From assembly GCA_047517285.1 (NCBI GenBank), contig JAKZTE010000004.1, positions 5,500 through 69,499 on the forward strand: a DNA stretch of 64,000 nucleotides, given 5' to 3'. Positions 1-10,458 of the stretch are shown here, one piece after another (positions within the stretch are counted from its first letter, which is position 1; each line of letters starts with the position of its first letter). Both the position numbers and the translations under genes were made by a program. The stretch comes from Nitrososphaerales archaeon (GTDB lineage Archaea; Thermoproteota; Nitrososphaeria; Nitrososphaerales; UBA57). The notes under the pieces were generated by a model, which was not told the DNA's origin, did not search any database, and saw only the letters and a program-made list of their open reading frames with translations.

Positions 1-228
1 ACAGATGTAACATCAGATGACGAAGTATGTGTAATATCAATCGTGGGTGCAGGAATGAAGGGCACGAGTGGAGTTGCAGCAAAACTATTTAATGCAATTT
101 CGAAAGTTGATATAAATGTAAAAATGATAGCTCAGGGCTCTTCTGAACAGAACATATCATTCGTAGTACAAGAATCTGATTCTAAATCAGCAATTGAAGC
201 AATTCATAAAGAATTTAATATGGATTAA
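1..228 (+). CDS. lysC: Aspartate kinase, C-terminal ACT domain (5'-truncated)
   Basis: Frame open from base 1; VISIVGAGMKGTSGVAAKLF and MIAQGSSEQNISFVV ACT motifs; upstream of asd. Confidence 0.9.
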   Translation, partial: TDVTSDDEVCVISIVGAGMKGTSGVAAKLFNAISKVDINVKMIAQGSSEQNISFVVQESDSKSAIEAIHKEFNMD

Positions 229-279
229 TCGTTCAAATAACAATACTTTTAAATTTTTTGGGAAATATTTGACAATAAG

Positions 280-1353
280 ATGTATAAAGTAGCAATTTTA
301 GGATCTACTGGAATGGTAGGTCAGCAATTCATTTCGGGTTTACAGAATCATCCATGGTTTGAGGTGACATGTTTAGCAGCATCTGAGAGGTCTGCAGGTA
401 AGAAATATATCGACGCAATAAAGAATAGTGCAGGATCTATTCAGTGGTTTGGAGAAGGAGAAATAAATGAAAACATCAAAGACATGACTGTTAAGAATGT
501 TAACGAAATTGATCCATTAGAATTTGATATTGCATATTCCGCATTAGAAGCAGGGGCAGCTCAAATTGAATCTAAATTTGCAGAACACATTCCTGTTTTG
601 AGTACAGCGTCGGCGTATAGATATGAAGAAGATGTACCAATATTAATTCCAGCAGTAAACGATGAACATGTATCACTCTTAGGGAAACAAAAGAAAAGAG
701 GATGGAAGGGATTTGTTGCACCGCAAGCTAACTGTACAACAACAGGTCTAGTAATAACATTAAAACCGATTTTGGATGAATTTGGTATTGATTCGGTAGT
801 AATAACTTCACTACAAGCAGTATCAGGTGCAGGAAGAAATCCAGGCATACCTCTTTTTGATTTAGTTGATAATATAATTCCATACATTCCAAAAGAGGAA
901 GAGAAGGTATCAATTGAATTAAAAAAGATTCTGGGTAATTATGACGGACAAGGCATAGTTAATGCAAAGTGCAATGTGTCAGCAACATGTACAAGAGTAG
1001 GTGTATTAGATGGACATACAGAATCAGTATTAGTAAATACGAAAGATAAAGCTGAAGTAGAAGATGTAATTAAAGCAATGGATAAATTTGCTGACTCGCT
1101 TGCAGGAAAGGAACTTCCATCAGCTCCGAAGAAATTAATTACAATACATAAAGATCCTTTTAGGCCACAACCTAGATTGGACAGGGAATTAGAAGATGGA
1201 ATGACAACATCTGTAGGAAGAATAAGAAAGGATGAAGTATTTCCAAATGGAATAAAATATGTTTTATTATCTCACAATACAAAAATGGGAGCTGCAAAAG
1301 GAGTAATTCTTACAAGTGAGATGCTTATAAAATCAAATATAATTAAAAATTAG
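280..1353 (+). CDS. asd: Aspartate-semialdehyde dehydrogenase (archaeal type)
   Basis: GSTGMVGQ Rossmann motif, NCTT catalytic Cys, QAVSGAG, SHNTKMGAA. Confidence 0.92.
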   Translation: MYKVAILGSTGMVGQQFISGLQNHPWFEVTCLAASERSAGKKYIDAIKNSAGSIQWFGEGEINENIKDMTVKNVNEIDPLEFDIAYSALEAGAAQIESKFAEHIPVLSTASAYRYEEDVPILIPAVNDEHVSLLGKQKKRGWKGFVAPQANCTTTGLVITLKPILDEFGIDSVVITSLQAVSGAGRNPGIPLFDLVDNIIPYIPKEEEKVSIELKKILGNYDGQGIVNAKCNVSATCTRVGVLDGHTESVLVNTKDKAEVEDVIKAMDKFADSLAGKELPSAPKKLITIHKDPFRPQPRLDRELEDGMTTSVGRIRKDEVFPNGIKYVLLSHNTKMGAAKGVILTSEMLIKSNIIKN

Positions 1354-1417
1354 ATTTTTGCATAGTTTTTAATTATTATTAATATATTTCATCATATTGA
1401 GGAGAAAGTAATCAAAA

Positions 1418-1894
1418 ATGGAGAAGTTTGATAAAATAGATATAATAATTTTAGGGGAATTAACTCAAGAATCAAATATATCAATCCCAAAATTAAGTGA
1501 AAAAATCAGCATTAATTCTTCAGTAGTCTATAGTAGAATAAACAGATTAGTTAGAAAAGGATTCATAAAAAAATATACATTAGAAGTAGATGAAAATTTA
1601 TTAGGATATCCAGTAAAAGCAATGATTGGTTGTAATATAAGTTCAAAACAAAGAGAAACAATTTTAGAAGATATTAAGAACATTGAAGAAACAAGAGAGA
1701 TAATTGAGATTACTGGAAGATTTGATGTATTGATTTGGATAAATGCTAAATCACTAGATGATTTGCATGAATTAGTATCAAAAAAGTTGCCAAAGATAAA
1801 CGGAATTACACACACAGAGGCATTTATTGAGATGAAAAGACACAAATTAAACTTCGTTTCAAGGATAAATTCAGAAATTAATGAAGAAAAATAA
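1418..1894 (+). CDS. Lrp/AsnC family transcriptional regulator
   Basis: N-terminal HTH (DKIDIIILGEL...SRINRL) and C-terminal RAM domain (ITGRFD). Confidence 0.9.
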   Translation: MEKFDKIDIIILGELTQESNISIPKLSEKISINSSVVYSRINRLVRKGFIKKYTLEVDENLLGYPVKAMIGCNISSKQRETILEDIKNIEETREIIEITGRFDVLIWINAKSLDDLHELVSKKLPKINGITHTEAFIEMKRHKLNFVSRINSEINEEK

Positions 1895-1966
1895 GAGAAT
1901 AATTAACCAAACCGTCTAATTATTTTACACCTATTCCATTAGATTATATTAATCAATAAATGATAT

Positions 1967-2746
1967 ATGCAAAAAGTGGATTACGAATCATTCGGGAAAT
2001 CCAAGGGAAATAATTATGAACAAGAGAAGATAATAAAAGATCCATTTGGAAAATTTGATGATGTAAATATACAAAAGGTGATTCCAAGAAAGATAATTAA
2101 AGATATCAAAAGAAAAAAAGAATTTATTGAAAATGGAATAAATAGAATAGAAGAAGCATCAAGAATAAAATATCCAGAATATTATATTGAACCCATATTA
2201 CCAGTTGCCTTTACATCTTTAGAAAGAGGAAGTCCGACGCCGTATTTTGCAAGAAATATATTTCATATATGGAAAGGAGAAGTAAGAATAATCATCCAGT
2301 TATCGGCACCATTAATAGCGTTTGGTCTAAAAGGTACAATCCAAGCAATATTGGCACATGAATTTCTTCACTATATAGAATATGTAAGGAAATTTGAAAA
2401 ATTAGATATTATCTCAGATGAAGTATCGAGTACTTTATTTGAAGCGAAATATGCAGATGCTTGCAGGTCGTTTAAACCAGGATTGATATTTACGCATAGC
2501 AATAAATCACCGCAGATTATAAAACATCTGAGAGAGAAATTCCAGAATCATTCAGTCGGTGAGAGATTAATTAAGAAAACAAAGGAAGACTGGATAAATA
2601 AGAGCCTGCCTGTACGTCGTGTTAATTTAGAGAATAATGTATCTAGTATTCCAATAGAAACAATAATGAAAACGAGATTTGATTCAGATGTAGGAAAAAC
2701 AGTTAGAGGGTTAGAACAAAATGCAAAAAAATCTAGAACTAGATGA
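1967..2746 (+). CDS. Hypothetical protein with HExxH zincin-like motif
   Basis: 259-aa ORF containing LAHEFLHY. Confidence 0.65.
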   Translation: MQKVDYESFGKSKGNNYEQEKIIKDPFGKFDDVNIQKVIPRKIIKDIKRKKEFIENGINRIEEASRIKYPEYYIEPILPVAFTSLERGSPTPYFARNIFHIWKGEVRIIIQLSAPLIAFGLKGTIQAILAHEFLHYIEYVRKFEKLDIISDEVSSTLFEAKYADACRSFKPGLIFTHSNKSPQIIKHLREKFQNHSVGERLIKKTKEDWINKSLPVRRVNLENNVSSIPIETIMKTRFDSDVGKTVRGLEQNAKKSRTR

Positions 2747-3557
2747 TGGAAAAGATAAAATTCTTCGTGTGATTAACAGGGTCACTAAAGGACTCGATAT
2801 AGAAGCAATTTGCATGTATGGATCAAGAGTATCAGGATACGCCAAAGAAGAAAGTGATTATGACCTGATTGTTGTAATCAATAATTACAAGGATAAAGTT
2901 AGATATAGATATATTTCTGATAAGATAGAGATCTCTGCAATTTTTGTTGATAAAGAACATATGATTTCGGATGCAGAAAATGCATCGTTAGGAGAATTCG
3001 TAGTTGGAAGGTTATTAAATCCATATGAGGCGTTAGTAAATAAGAAATTTTTCGAGACAGTAGAAATTGTATATAAAAAGAGAATAATATTAGAAATAAT
3101 TGAGAAATTACAGATTAAATACAGGAGTTTAGGTGAATACTTAAAGATTCCAACTGAATATTTTCTATTTCATAGATTAAACTTTAGAATGAGAATGTAT
3201 CCGCCGGTAAAGTATAGTTACATAATGACATATTCAGGAAAGACTAATGCGAGAAATGTAAAAAATAGTGTAAAAGGGTTCAATGATGCAGCAGAGATAT
3301 TGTATAAAGAGAACTATTTACATTATGAGAAAGAAGGAATAATAAGTATAAACGGTAAGAAAAGAAAGAACAAATCTATACTGAATTTAAAATTAGTTAT
3401 AAGAATAATCAAACATTACTATATACATCTATTAGCGGGAAGAATAAAGTACAATATTGCGTTAAAAGAACTATTCTCAAAAATTAATCGTAAGAAACAT
3501 ATGAAAGAGATGCCAGAATACCTATCAAAACCCGAGAGTTTATTAAAAATTAAGTAA
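2721..3557 (+). CDS. Nucleotidyltransferase (Pol-beta/MNT fold) domain protein
   Basis: YGSRVSG...SDYDL (GS, DxD) motif followed by a basic helical region. Confidence 0.8.
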   Translation: MQKNLELDDGKDKILRVINRVTKGLDIEAICMYGSRVSGYAKEESDYDLIVVINNYKDKVRYRYISDKIEISAIFVDKEHMISDAENASLGEFVVGRLLNPYEALVNKKFFETVEIVYKKRIILEIIEKLQIKYRSLGEYLKIPTEYFLFHRLNFRMRMYPPVKYSYIMTYSGKTNARNVKNSVKGFNDAAEILYKENYLHYEKEGIISINGKKRKNKSILNLKLVIRIIKHYYIHLLAGRIKYNIALKELFSKINRKKHMKEMPEYLSKPESLLKIK

Positions 3558-3563
3558 TCAGAA

Positions 3564-3842
3564 TTATTTTTTTGATTGTTTGAAATCTGCATAACCGCAT
3601 TTGCCGCAAGATAAACGATCAAAATGTTCAGCAAGGAAATTGCCTTTGCCGCAACGAGGGCAGTCCTTACGTAATCTTGTAACTTTTGTATCGTCAACTT
3701 TATAGAATTTGAATATTTGAGGACTAAAACGAGCTTTGCGTTTCTGTCTTTTTCCCTTAGCTTTAGATACAGGCTTTTCTTCGACCGGGGATTCTTCAGA
3801 GGTTTTTTCTACTTCAGTTTTAGTTATTTCTTCTTCGACCAT
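3564..3842 (-). CDS. rps27ae: 30S ribosomal protein S27ae with acidic N-terminal extension
   Basis: [19 protein letters not shown] zinc ribbon. Confidence 0.95.
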   Translation of the reverse strand: MVEEEITKTEVEKTSEESPVEEKPVSKAKGKRQKRKARFSPQIFKFYKVDDTKVTRLRKDCPRCGKGNFLAEHFDRLSCGKCGYADFKQSKK

Positions 3843-3856
3843 GATAAATCAACAAA

Positions 3857-4258
3857 CTATTCTTTAGCTTTCTCAGCTGGCTTTTCTTCCGCCTTAGCTT
3901 TCTCAGCTGGCTTTTCTTCCGCCTTAGCTTTCTCAGCTGGCTTTTCTTCCGCCTTAGCTTTCTCAGCTGGCTTTTCTTCCGCCTTCGGAATATTTCTTTT
4001 TAAAATAAATTTTGGTAAATACGTCTTGGCGGTATTTTCATCTTTATAGACATAAAATAAACCAGAAACATAATGTGAACCAGAACTATGAGATAATTTA
4101 ATAGAATAAACTGTGTCAGGATTGATTTTTGCTTCTTTTGCGATTAAAGTAGAAGCTTCACGTCGATTAAATGACGAGTCTTCAACATCGAAAATTGCAG
4201 AGATTTCAGTTCTCTCTAGCAATGGATTTTCTCGTTTTTCAAATTTTGTGAAGTTCAT
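3857..4258 (-). CDS. rps24e: 30S ribosomal protein S24e with repetitive C-terminal tail
   Basis: ENPLLERTEI N-terminus; conserved position between DUF359 and S27ae. Confidence 0.9.
   Translation of the reverse strand: MNFTKFEKRENPLLERTEISAIFDVEDSSFNRREASTLIAKEAKINPDTVYSIKLSHSSGSHYVSGLFYVYKDENTAKTYLPKFILKRNIPKAEEKPAEKAKAEEKPAEKAKAEEKPAEKAKAEEKPAEKAKE
3863..3985 (-). repeat. Four tandem 30-bp coding repeats ([10 protein letters not shown])
   Basis: Unit GGCGGAAGAAAAGCCAGCTGAGAAAGCTAA repeated four times exactly. Confidence 0.97.
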
Positions 4259-4285
4259 CGATACAAGGCTTAATAATTTCAGCTA

Positions 4286-4813
4286 TTAATACTTTAGTGT
4301 ATTTTCACTAAAACCCATTTCTATTAATATACCTTGAACTTTTATTTTTAATGATTCAGTAACAGAGACTACAACTAGGCCTTCATTTGGTTGACCATAG
4401 AGGACATACGAGTTCAACGGAGCAAAAAGGATTGATGGTAAAGCAAGAAGATCTTCTTCTCCGTCAACAACTACAAGAGAATCAATGTTTTGTGTGATTA
4501 AATCATGTATTAGAGTAATCGATTCTGTGGACAGAGTGCCTGGAGGATTATTAATGGATCTTTTTTCAGTCCAATATAATTTAGGAAAAGTACGTTTATG
4601 CCTACGTTCCATTAGATCAATAATTTGTATATTAGCTTTAATTCCTAATTTAGAGATATTTTCAGATGACGCGTCTCCGACAGTAATTAAGAATGAATAA
4701 TTATTTATTATGGAATCTATTTCATGAAATGAAGGATTAGGGGAATTTATCAATTCGCCGAAAGGACGTTTAAGAAAACTTCGATATTTTTTTGGAAGAT
4801 TTTTTACGTCCAA
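4286..4813 (-). CDS. GTP-dependent dephospho-CoA kinase (DUF359)
   Basis: ITVGD, NPPG, VDGEEDLLALP, YGQPNEG motifs. Confidence 0.9.
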   Translation of the reverse strand: MDVKNLPKKYRSFLKRPFGELINSPNPSFHEIDSIINNYSFLITVGDASSENISKLGIKANIQIIDLMERRHKRTFPKLYWTEKRSINNPPGTLSTESITLIHDLITQNIDSLVVVDGEEDLLALPSILFAPLNSYVLYGQPNEGLVVVSVTESLKIKVQGILIEMGFSENTLKY

Positions 4814-4845
4814 TTTACATCATAAGGATTATTAAAAGATTAGAA

Positions 4846-5040
4846 TTAAGATACTTTAATAGCGTATCGACCTGGTTTTGTAAAATCCAATTGTTTAGCA
4901 ACTCGAGATTTATCAGGATTAGATAATACAATTAGACCCGACCAGTCAGTACTTAAATCAGTACCACCGCAACTAGGACAAACACGACCTGAAGATGGTA
5001 TGATGATTTTACATTTTCTGCAGGCGAGTTCTTTAGCCAT
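4846..5040 (-). CDS. spt4: Transcription elongation factor Spt4 (RpoE'')
   Basis: ACRKC..CPSCG..DWSG..PGRYAIKV. Confidence 0.95.
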   Translation of the reverse strand: MAKELACRKCKIIIPSSGRVCPSCGGTDLSTDWSGLIVLSNPDKSRVAKQLDFTKPGRYAIKVS

Positions 5041-5042
5041 TA

Positions 5043-5639
5043 TTATTCAGATTCCTTTTTATTAGAAGCTGTTTTTGAGGTTTTTTTAAGATCTGTTTTT
5101 TTAAGATCTTCTTCAATCCAATCAATTGCGCCAAGAAATGGTTGTCTGCAAGTAACACCAATTTTACCCATAGAACTACCTCGAGCTAGACTCAATGCAG
5201 TTACACGAACTCGCATTTTAGTACCAACACTAATTGTACGACTACTTTGTTGTGCAGTAATCTGACCCTGACGGACATCACTGTTAAGATATTCATCGGT
5301 GATTTGAGACAAGTGTAATAATGCATCGGTCGGTCCAATTCGAATAAATGCGCCAAAATCAGTAATTTCTACAACTTCACCTTCAACAACTTCTTGTAAT
5401 TTAGGCAGGTAAGCAAGAATTTTAAAATTAACATTATGATAAGTAGCTCCATCGCTAGGAAGTATTTTTCCAACCTTATCGGCTTTAACATTAATGATTA
5501 GTATAATATATCCGAATTCAGGAGAAAGCGTACTTTCATACTTAATTTTCAGCATTTTTTCAGCCATTTTATTTAGGGATTCACTAAAGTTTAGTGGTTC
5601 TACACGTACAACGTCTTCGGCGTCTATAATTTGAAACAT
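5043..5639 (-). CDS. rpoE: RNA polymerase subunit Rpo7 (E')
   Basis: S1 domain EGEVVEITDFGAFIRIGPTDALLHLSQI; CRQPFLG. Confidence 0.95.
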   Translation of the reverse strand: MFQIIDAEDVVRVEPLNFSESLNKMAEKMLKIKYESTLSPEFGYIILIINVKADKVGKILPSDGATYHNVNFKILAYLPKLQEVVEGEVVEITDFGAFIRIGPTDALLHLSQITDEYLNSDVRQGQITAQQSSRTISVGTKMRVRVTALSLARGSSMGKIGVTCRQPFLGAIDWIEEDLKKTDLKKTSKTASNKKESE

Positions 5640-5708
5640 ATCTATATACCTAGAATAATGTTAACGCGAAAGGGAACAATATGAATTTTTCGATTTTTGG
5701 GAATCATT

Positions 5709-6107
5709 TCAGCGATTATAACTTATACGCCAGATTAAGCGTTGTTTTTCAATGGTGACCGAATCTATATTGCGATTAACGGCCTTATTGAGTATGCCAC
5801 GGTCTAAACTTGCAATTATATCACGGTTTCTAGTCGTATAAGCAAGGAGTTTATCGTCGGTTGTGCCAGAGCCATCGACCTTTTCTTTTGGAATATCTTT
5901 AATATATTGAAGGGCAAGATTGGCTTCTTTTGAACGTTTAGTTTTAGAGGAATTTTTTCGATCGTGAGAGAGTCCAGATAATTCTTGAACAACGTCGTCA
6001 ATTGTGATGAGATTATAAGATTGGATATCTGACAGGTAATCAGAACTAGGTAGAGGATTATTAGCAACATGAATTAAGAAACTAGTATCAAGTACAATAG
6101 TTCTCAA
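5709..6107 (-). CDS. PIN-domain ribonuclease (Fcf1/Utp24-like)
   Basis: VLDTSFL, VVQEL, TDD, IASLD acidic residues; conserved position next to aIF2-gamma. Confidence 0.85.
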   Translation of the reverse strand: MRTIVLDTSFLIHVANNPLPSSDYLSDIQSYNLITIDDVVQELSGLSHDRKNSSKTKRSKEANLALQYIKDIPKEKVDGSGTTDDKLLAYTTRNRDIIASLDRGILNKAVNRNIDSVTIEKQRLIWRISYNR

Positions 6108-6111
6108 GATG

Positions 6112-7353
6112 TTAAGAGATTACCCCCGCTCCAATCAGACGCCAGCGATCTCCAAGTCTTCGACTAATAGATAATCGACTTTTTTGTTCTGCGGTAATAG
6201 GACGTCGTAAATCAATAGTAGCTTTGTCATTACTCACACTAGTAACCACTCCTGCAGTAACTGCAGTACCCGAGTTTATTCGTAATGCTTCATTTCGCTT
6301 TAATTTTTCTACTTTTACCATATCACCTGAACCAATAGCAAAATCAAAGAGATCGAGGTCGACATTAATAGAATAATATGTTTCAGGAATCTCATTTGGA
6401 TGTCCAACAACTGATCCAACGAAAGAATCGCTTTTTGTTAGAGATGGATCCAAGTCTGTTCCAATTGCAACTAATCCACTAGGATAAACTTTATCCATTA
6501 ATCCAGCACTGCTACTTAAGCTAGAAATTTTGCTGAAGAGAGGTTGATATTTATCAGATTTTTTATTAAGAGATCCAGGTCGGATTTCGATTTCATCTCC
6601 TACTTCAAAAATTCCTTTAGATAGTGAACCTCCTAATACACCACCGACCAGTTTAGTTAATGGTATTCCAGGACGATTTATATCAAAAGAACGTAGGACT
6701 TGGAGAGATGGTGGAGATTGTTCATCTTTGTCAGGAGTTTTGATATTATCTTCTATTGCAGAAATTAAAGCGTCAATATTAAGCCCGTGCTGAGCAGATA
6801 TTGGAATAATAGGAGCTTTTTCAGCAACAGTGCCTTTGATAAATTGTTTAATTTGTTTGTAGTTATTTTTAGCTTCTTTGGTAGATACCAAATCAACTTT
6901 GTTCTGGGCAATGACAATTTGTTTAGTGCCAAGCATCTGTAACGCAAGAAGATGTTCACGCGTTTGAGGTTTTGGAACTTCTTCATTAGCAGATATAATT
7001 AAAATAGCTCCGTCAATTAAAGCGGCGCCAGACAACATGTTGGCCATTAAACTTTCATGTCCAGGAACGTCTACAAAACTTATAACACGTTGTAATTTAC
7101 CTTTAGTTTTACATTTAGAGCAAGATTCTTGAGTTGAATAATTATAAGGTCCTTCACATTTACATTGATAGAAACCGGCGTCTGCATATCCTACTTTAAT
7201 AGTAATTCCTCGACGAAGTTCTTCACTATGAGCACTTGTCCATTTACCTGTAATTGCATCAACGATTGTACTTTTACCATGATCTACATGACCGGCAGTA
7301 CCAATATTTATCTCAGGTTGACATGGAATTTTTTGCATAATATGAATCAGCAT
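6112..7353 (-). CDS. eif2g: Translation initiation factor 2 gamma subunit
   Basis: QPEINIGTAGHVDHGKST, RGITIKVGY, DVPGHE, NKVD, RWRLIG. Confidence 0.97.
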   Translation of the reverse strand: MLIHIMQKIPCQPEINIGTAGHVDHGKSTIVDAITGKWTSAHSEELRRGITIKVGYADAGFYQCKCEGPYNYSTQESCSKCKTKGKLQRVISFVDVPGHESLMANMLSGAALIDGAILIISANEEVPKPQTREHLLALQMLGTKQIVIAQNKVDLVSTKEAKNNYKQIKQFIKGTVAEKAPIIPISAQHGLNIDALISAIEDNIKTPDKDEQSPPSLQVLRSFDINRPGIPLTKLVGGVLGGSLSKGIFEVGDEIEIRPGSLNKKSDKYQPLFSKISSLSSSAGLMDKVYPSGLVAIGTDLDPSLTKSDSFVGSVVGHPNEIPETYYSINVDLDLFDFAIGSGDMVKVEKLKRNEALRINSGTAVTAGVVTSVSNDKATIDLRRPITAEQKSRLSISRRLGDRWRLIGAGVIS

Positions 7354-7373
7354 TAATTGAATTTATTATTATC

Positions 7374-7763
7374 TTATTCTTTGGTCTTAGCTTCTTCAGC
7401 TGGCTTATCAAGAATTAGATTGCCCTTAATTAGAATTGTATTAATTTGGTAGGTTTCGTCAGAAATCATACTGCCACGAACAATTTTTCGTTTTTGCATA
7501 CCTTTAACTTTAGAGCGAAATCCAACACCTGATGTTAAAAGTATGTTATTTCTTGCACTCCCATGAACATCACTTCGCATTGGAAATCCGACTTTATCGC
7601 TTCCTCCACTAATTTTGAGAGTTCCATCAATATCTACAATAGTAGCATCTATTTCTTGACCAATTTTCATACCCATCAAGGTTTGGGCTGATTTATCTTT
7701 AATATCCTTAGTTATGGATTTCCCTGTTTTAGGATCTGAAACTACAATTTTGAATTCTGCCAA
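7374..7763 (-). CDS. rps6e: 30S ribosomal protein S6e
   Basis: FKIVVSDPKTG, GGSDKVGFPMR, RKIVRG. Confidence 0.96.
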   Translation of the reverse strand: MAEFKIVVSDPKTGKSITKDIKDKSAQTLMGMKIGQEIDATIVDIDGTLKISGGSDKVGFPMRSDVHGSARNNILLTSGVGFRSKVKGMQKRKIVRGSMISDETYQINTILIKGNLILDKPAEEAKTKE

Positions 7764-7811
7764 AGTAACATTTCACTTCTTTTTTATATCTATAAATCTT
7801 TTTGAAATATA

Positions 7812-9590
7812 TTAAAATCCATACAAAGGTGAAACTTTACGTCGTAAGGTAATAATTTCGTCTAAAATATTAGATTCATCGTCAGATAATGAATCATGAT
7901 ATCGCCCTTTTAATAATCTGACGCCTATGTTATTAGGCAAAGAATATAAAATTTCACTTTCACGAATAGTACGTCCAATAACAGGTTCGTTCATTGAGAT
8001 AGCGACTTCACTGCCTTTAGCTGCTTGTTTAATATTTTCGCCATTATCTTCAATTTGTTTAATAACGCCAACTTCTTTACCTGTAGAATTTATTATAATA
8101 GATTTTTGTTTTAAGGAACCGCCAAGAATTTTCACACCGCATACGGCAGGACCGTTTCTTCGAAAGACCATTCCTTTTATTAGTTGAAATTTACAGGGCA
8201 TCATTATCGAATCGAGTTCAGTTCTTTGCATGTTTTCCTTATCAGAAGTTACCCAATCCCTATATTCATCGACTAGATCATAAAGGACAGGTTGTGAGAA
8301 TATTCTTATTCCATTTTTATTTGCTTCGTGTTTAGCATCATCAAGAATTTTAACACCAAATGCAAGAATACTTCCTAAATATTTATCAGTTTCAGTAATT
8401 ACTTGAGCCTTAACTACGTCCTTTCTGGAAACCATTCCGGTATCAGCAGTACTAATTGAGATATCATTTTCTTTTAGAGTGTCTACAACAGCTTCAAGGG
8501 AACCAAGGGTGTCAGCTTTTACAATAATACCAACACTATCGGTTTCGACAAAAATTGATTTAATCTCGGATTCGATTTCATTTTTTACTGAATCAATATT
8601 ACCATCAGTAATGCCAATTATCGGTGAACCTCCAAGAACTCCGTCTAAATCAGAAGTAGAAATTTTTACACCAGAAGCAGCCACTACTCGATCAACAGGA
8701 GTGAATTTATCGCGTGGATCTCGCATTTCATCTAACGGTTTTGGCATAAATATCGCTTTAATTTTTGTAGTAACGGCGCCATCTTTCTTTGCTACTGCGA
8801 CTTCGTCGTGTTTATTTAATACTCCATCAGTGAGAATAATATTAGCAGTATCTCCCAAACCAGGTTCTTCAGTAACTTCTAGAACTATTCCTCGAGTATT
8901 ATCACTAACAATAAGTTTTTGTTTTAGGTAACTTTGAGTTAGACCAATCAATAATGAAATTAATTCAGGTATTCCTTCTCCTGTTTTCGCACTAACAGGA
9001 ACTATTGCAACTTGTTTTTGTGGGTCTTGTAATCTATAAAATGCTTCAGATTGTATTCCATATCTCGATAGTTCGCCGACTACATTGTATATTCTTCCAT
9101 CAAGATTATTTTGAGTAGTTTCGTCTAGTTGTTTTAATGATGAAGTTAAGCTTGAAGAAGGTCGCCATCCAGGCACGGTATCAAGTTTGTTAAGTGCTAT
9201 TAGAAAAGGAACCTTACGTTTCCTGAGTATGTCAAGACTTTCACGCGTTTGTACTTCAAGACCTTTCATAGCGTCAATTACAAGAATAGAGATATCTGAA
9301 GCAGAACCTCCACGATTTCTAAGATTAGTAAACACAGCATGTCCAGGCGTGTCGATAACAAGTATACCAGGAATATCAATTTTTCCACCTACTTTTTGGA
9401 GAAGATCGCCGCAAAGTTGTTCTAGAGTTTCAATAGGAAAGAAACTTGCGCCAATATGTTGAGTAATACCTCCTGCTTCACGAGATTGAACAGCTGTTCC
9501 ACGAATTTTATCCAAAAGTGAGGTTTTACCAGAATCAATGTGGCCCAATACTACAACAATTGGTTGTCTAAATTTAGAATTCATTATCAA
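7812..9590 (-). CDS. infB: Translation initiation factor IF-2/aIF5B
   Basis: RQPIVVVLGHIDSGKT, GGITQHIGA, DTPGH, KADTLGSLEA. Confidence 0.97.
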   Translation of the reverse strand: MIMNSKFRQPIVVVLGHIDSGKTSLLDKIRGTAVQSREAGGITQHIGASFFPIETLEQLCGDLLQKVGGKIDIPGILVIDTPGHAVFTNLRNRGGSASDISILVIDAMKGLEVQTRESLDILRKRKVPFLIALNKLDTVPGWRPSSSLTSSLKQLDETTQNNLDGRIYNVVGELSRYGIQSEAFYRLQDPQKQVAIVPVSAKTGEGIPELISLLIGLTQSYLKQKLIVSDNTRGIVLEVTEEPGLGDTANIILTDGVLNKHDEVAVAKKDGAVTTKIKAIFMPKPLDEMRDPRDKFTPVDRVVAASGVKISTSDLDGVLGGSPIIGITDGNIDSVKNEIESEIKSIFVETDSVGIIVKADTLGSLEAVVDTLKENDISISTADTGMVSRKDVVKAQVITETDKYLGSILAFGVKILDDAKHEANKNGIRIFSQPVLYDLVDEYRDWVTSDKENMQRTELDSIMMPCKFQLIKGMVFRRNGPAVCGVKILGGSLKQKSIIINSTGKEVGVIKQIEDNGENIKQAAKGSEVAISMNEPVIGRTIRESEILYSLPNNIGVRLLKGRYHDSLSDDESNILDEIITLRRKVSPLYGF

Positions 9591-9632
9591 TCATCTACAA
9601 TTAGTAATGTAAAAGGTCTTTATTTAGAATTA

Positions 9633-10037
9633 TTAAATATTAGATAAAATATTAAATTCTCTTTCGAAACTATCTACAGAGTCAGATGCATGTATTACAT
9701 TTTCAGTATGACTTAAGCCAAAATCACCTCGAATTGTACCAGATGCTGCTTTAAGAGAGTTTGTTGCTCCAACCATCTGTCTGACAACCTCAATCGCAGA
9801 ATTACCTTCCAAAACAACTTGAACTATTGGACCTGAAGTTACGTAATCAATGAGTTCAGAAAAGAATGGTTTCTCTTTATGTATTGAATAAAGGTCAGAA
9901 GCTTGATCAGAGTTCATTGTTAACATACGAACATGTAAGATGTTAAAACCACGTTCTTCAAAACGACTTATTATATCACCAATGTGTCTTTTTTTTACAC
10001 CGTCCGGTTTGATTAGAATAAGAGTTTTGTCAGTCAA
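9633..10037 (-). CDS. ndk: Nucleoside diphosphate kinase
   Basis: IKPDG, GTIRGDFG, NVIHASDS. Confidence 0.97.
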   Translation of the reverse strand: MTDKTLILIKPDGVKKRHIGDIISRFEERGFNILHVRMLTMNSDQASDLYSIHKEKPFFSELIDYVTSGPIVQVVLEGNSAIEVVRQMVGATNSLKAASGTIRGDFGLSHTENVIHASDSVDSFEREFNILSNI

Positions 10038-10219
10038 ACTACCGACTTTCCTTTTCTAGCCCATTTATATTTTCTATAATCACGTTTAAGATCCAGAACA
10101 TTTTTTCTACACTTAGAAGAACAAAACCAACTAATATCTCCGTTATTTTTAATATACATAGTGCCATTACCGAATTCTATTTCTTTTCCGCAAAAAGTAC
10201 ATTTTTTTAATGATAGCAA
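10034..10219 (-). CDS. rpl24e: 50S ribosomal protein L24e
   Basis: CTFCG..G.GTMY..FCSSKC..KW. Confidence 0.95.
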   Translation of the reverse strand: MLSLKKCTFCGKEIEFGNGTMYIKNNGDISWFCSSKCRKNVLDLKRDYRKYKWARKGKSVV

Positions 10220-10229
10220 ATATAACCGT

Positions 10230-10448
10230 CTACCTTATCTTACGAGCTTCTCTTTCAATTTCACGAAGTATAATTATGTCATTCATACGGACAGGTCCTT
10301 TAACATTTCTTGTGAGAATACGTCCTTTATCTTTTCCATCTAAGATTTTTACTCGAACTTGTGTAATTTCACCAGCAACGCCAGTGCGTCCAACGATTTG
10401 TATTACTTCACAAGGAGTTTTATCTTCGTGAATTTCCTTAGAGCTCAT
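10230..10448 (-). CDS. rps28e: 30S ribosomal protein S28e
   Basis: [27 protein letters not shown]. Confidence 0.97.
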   Translation of the reverse strand: MSSKEIHEDKTPCEVIQIVGRTGVAGEITQVRVKILDGKDKGRILTRNVKGPVRMNDIIILREIEREARKIR

Positions 10449-10458
10449 GGATTATGAT

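Noticed and set aside
280-1353. Asd homolog as malonyl-/succinyl-CoA reductase
   Set aside because: Position directly after aspartate kinase favours ordinary Asd.
3863-3985. 30-bp repeats as a CRISPR array
   Set aside because: Head-to-tail with no spacers, in frame within rps24e, and no cas genes in the window.
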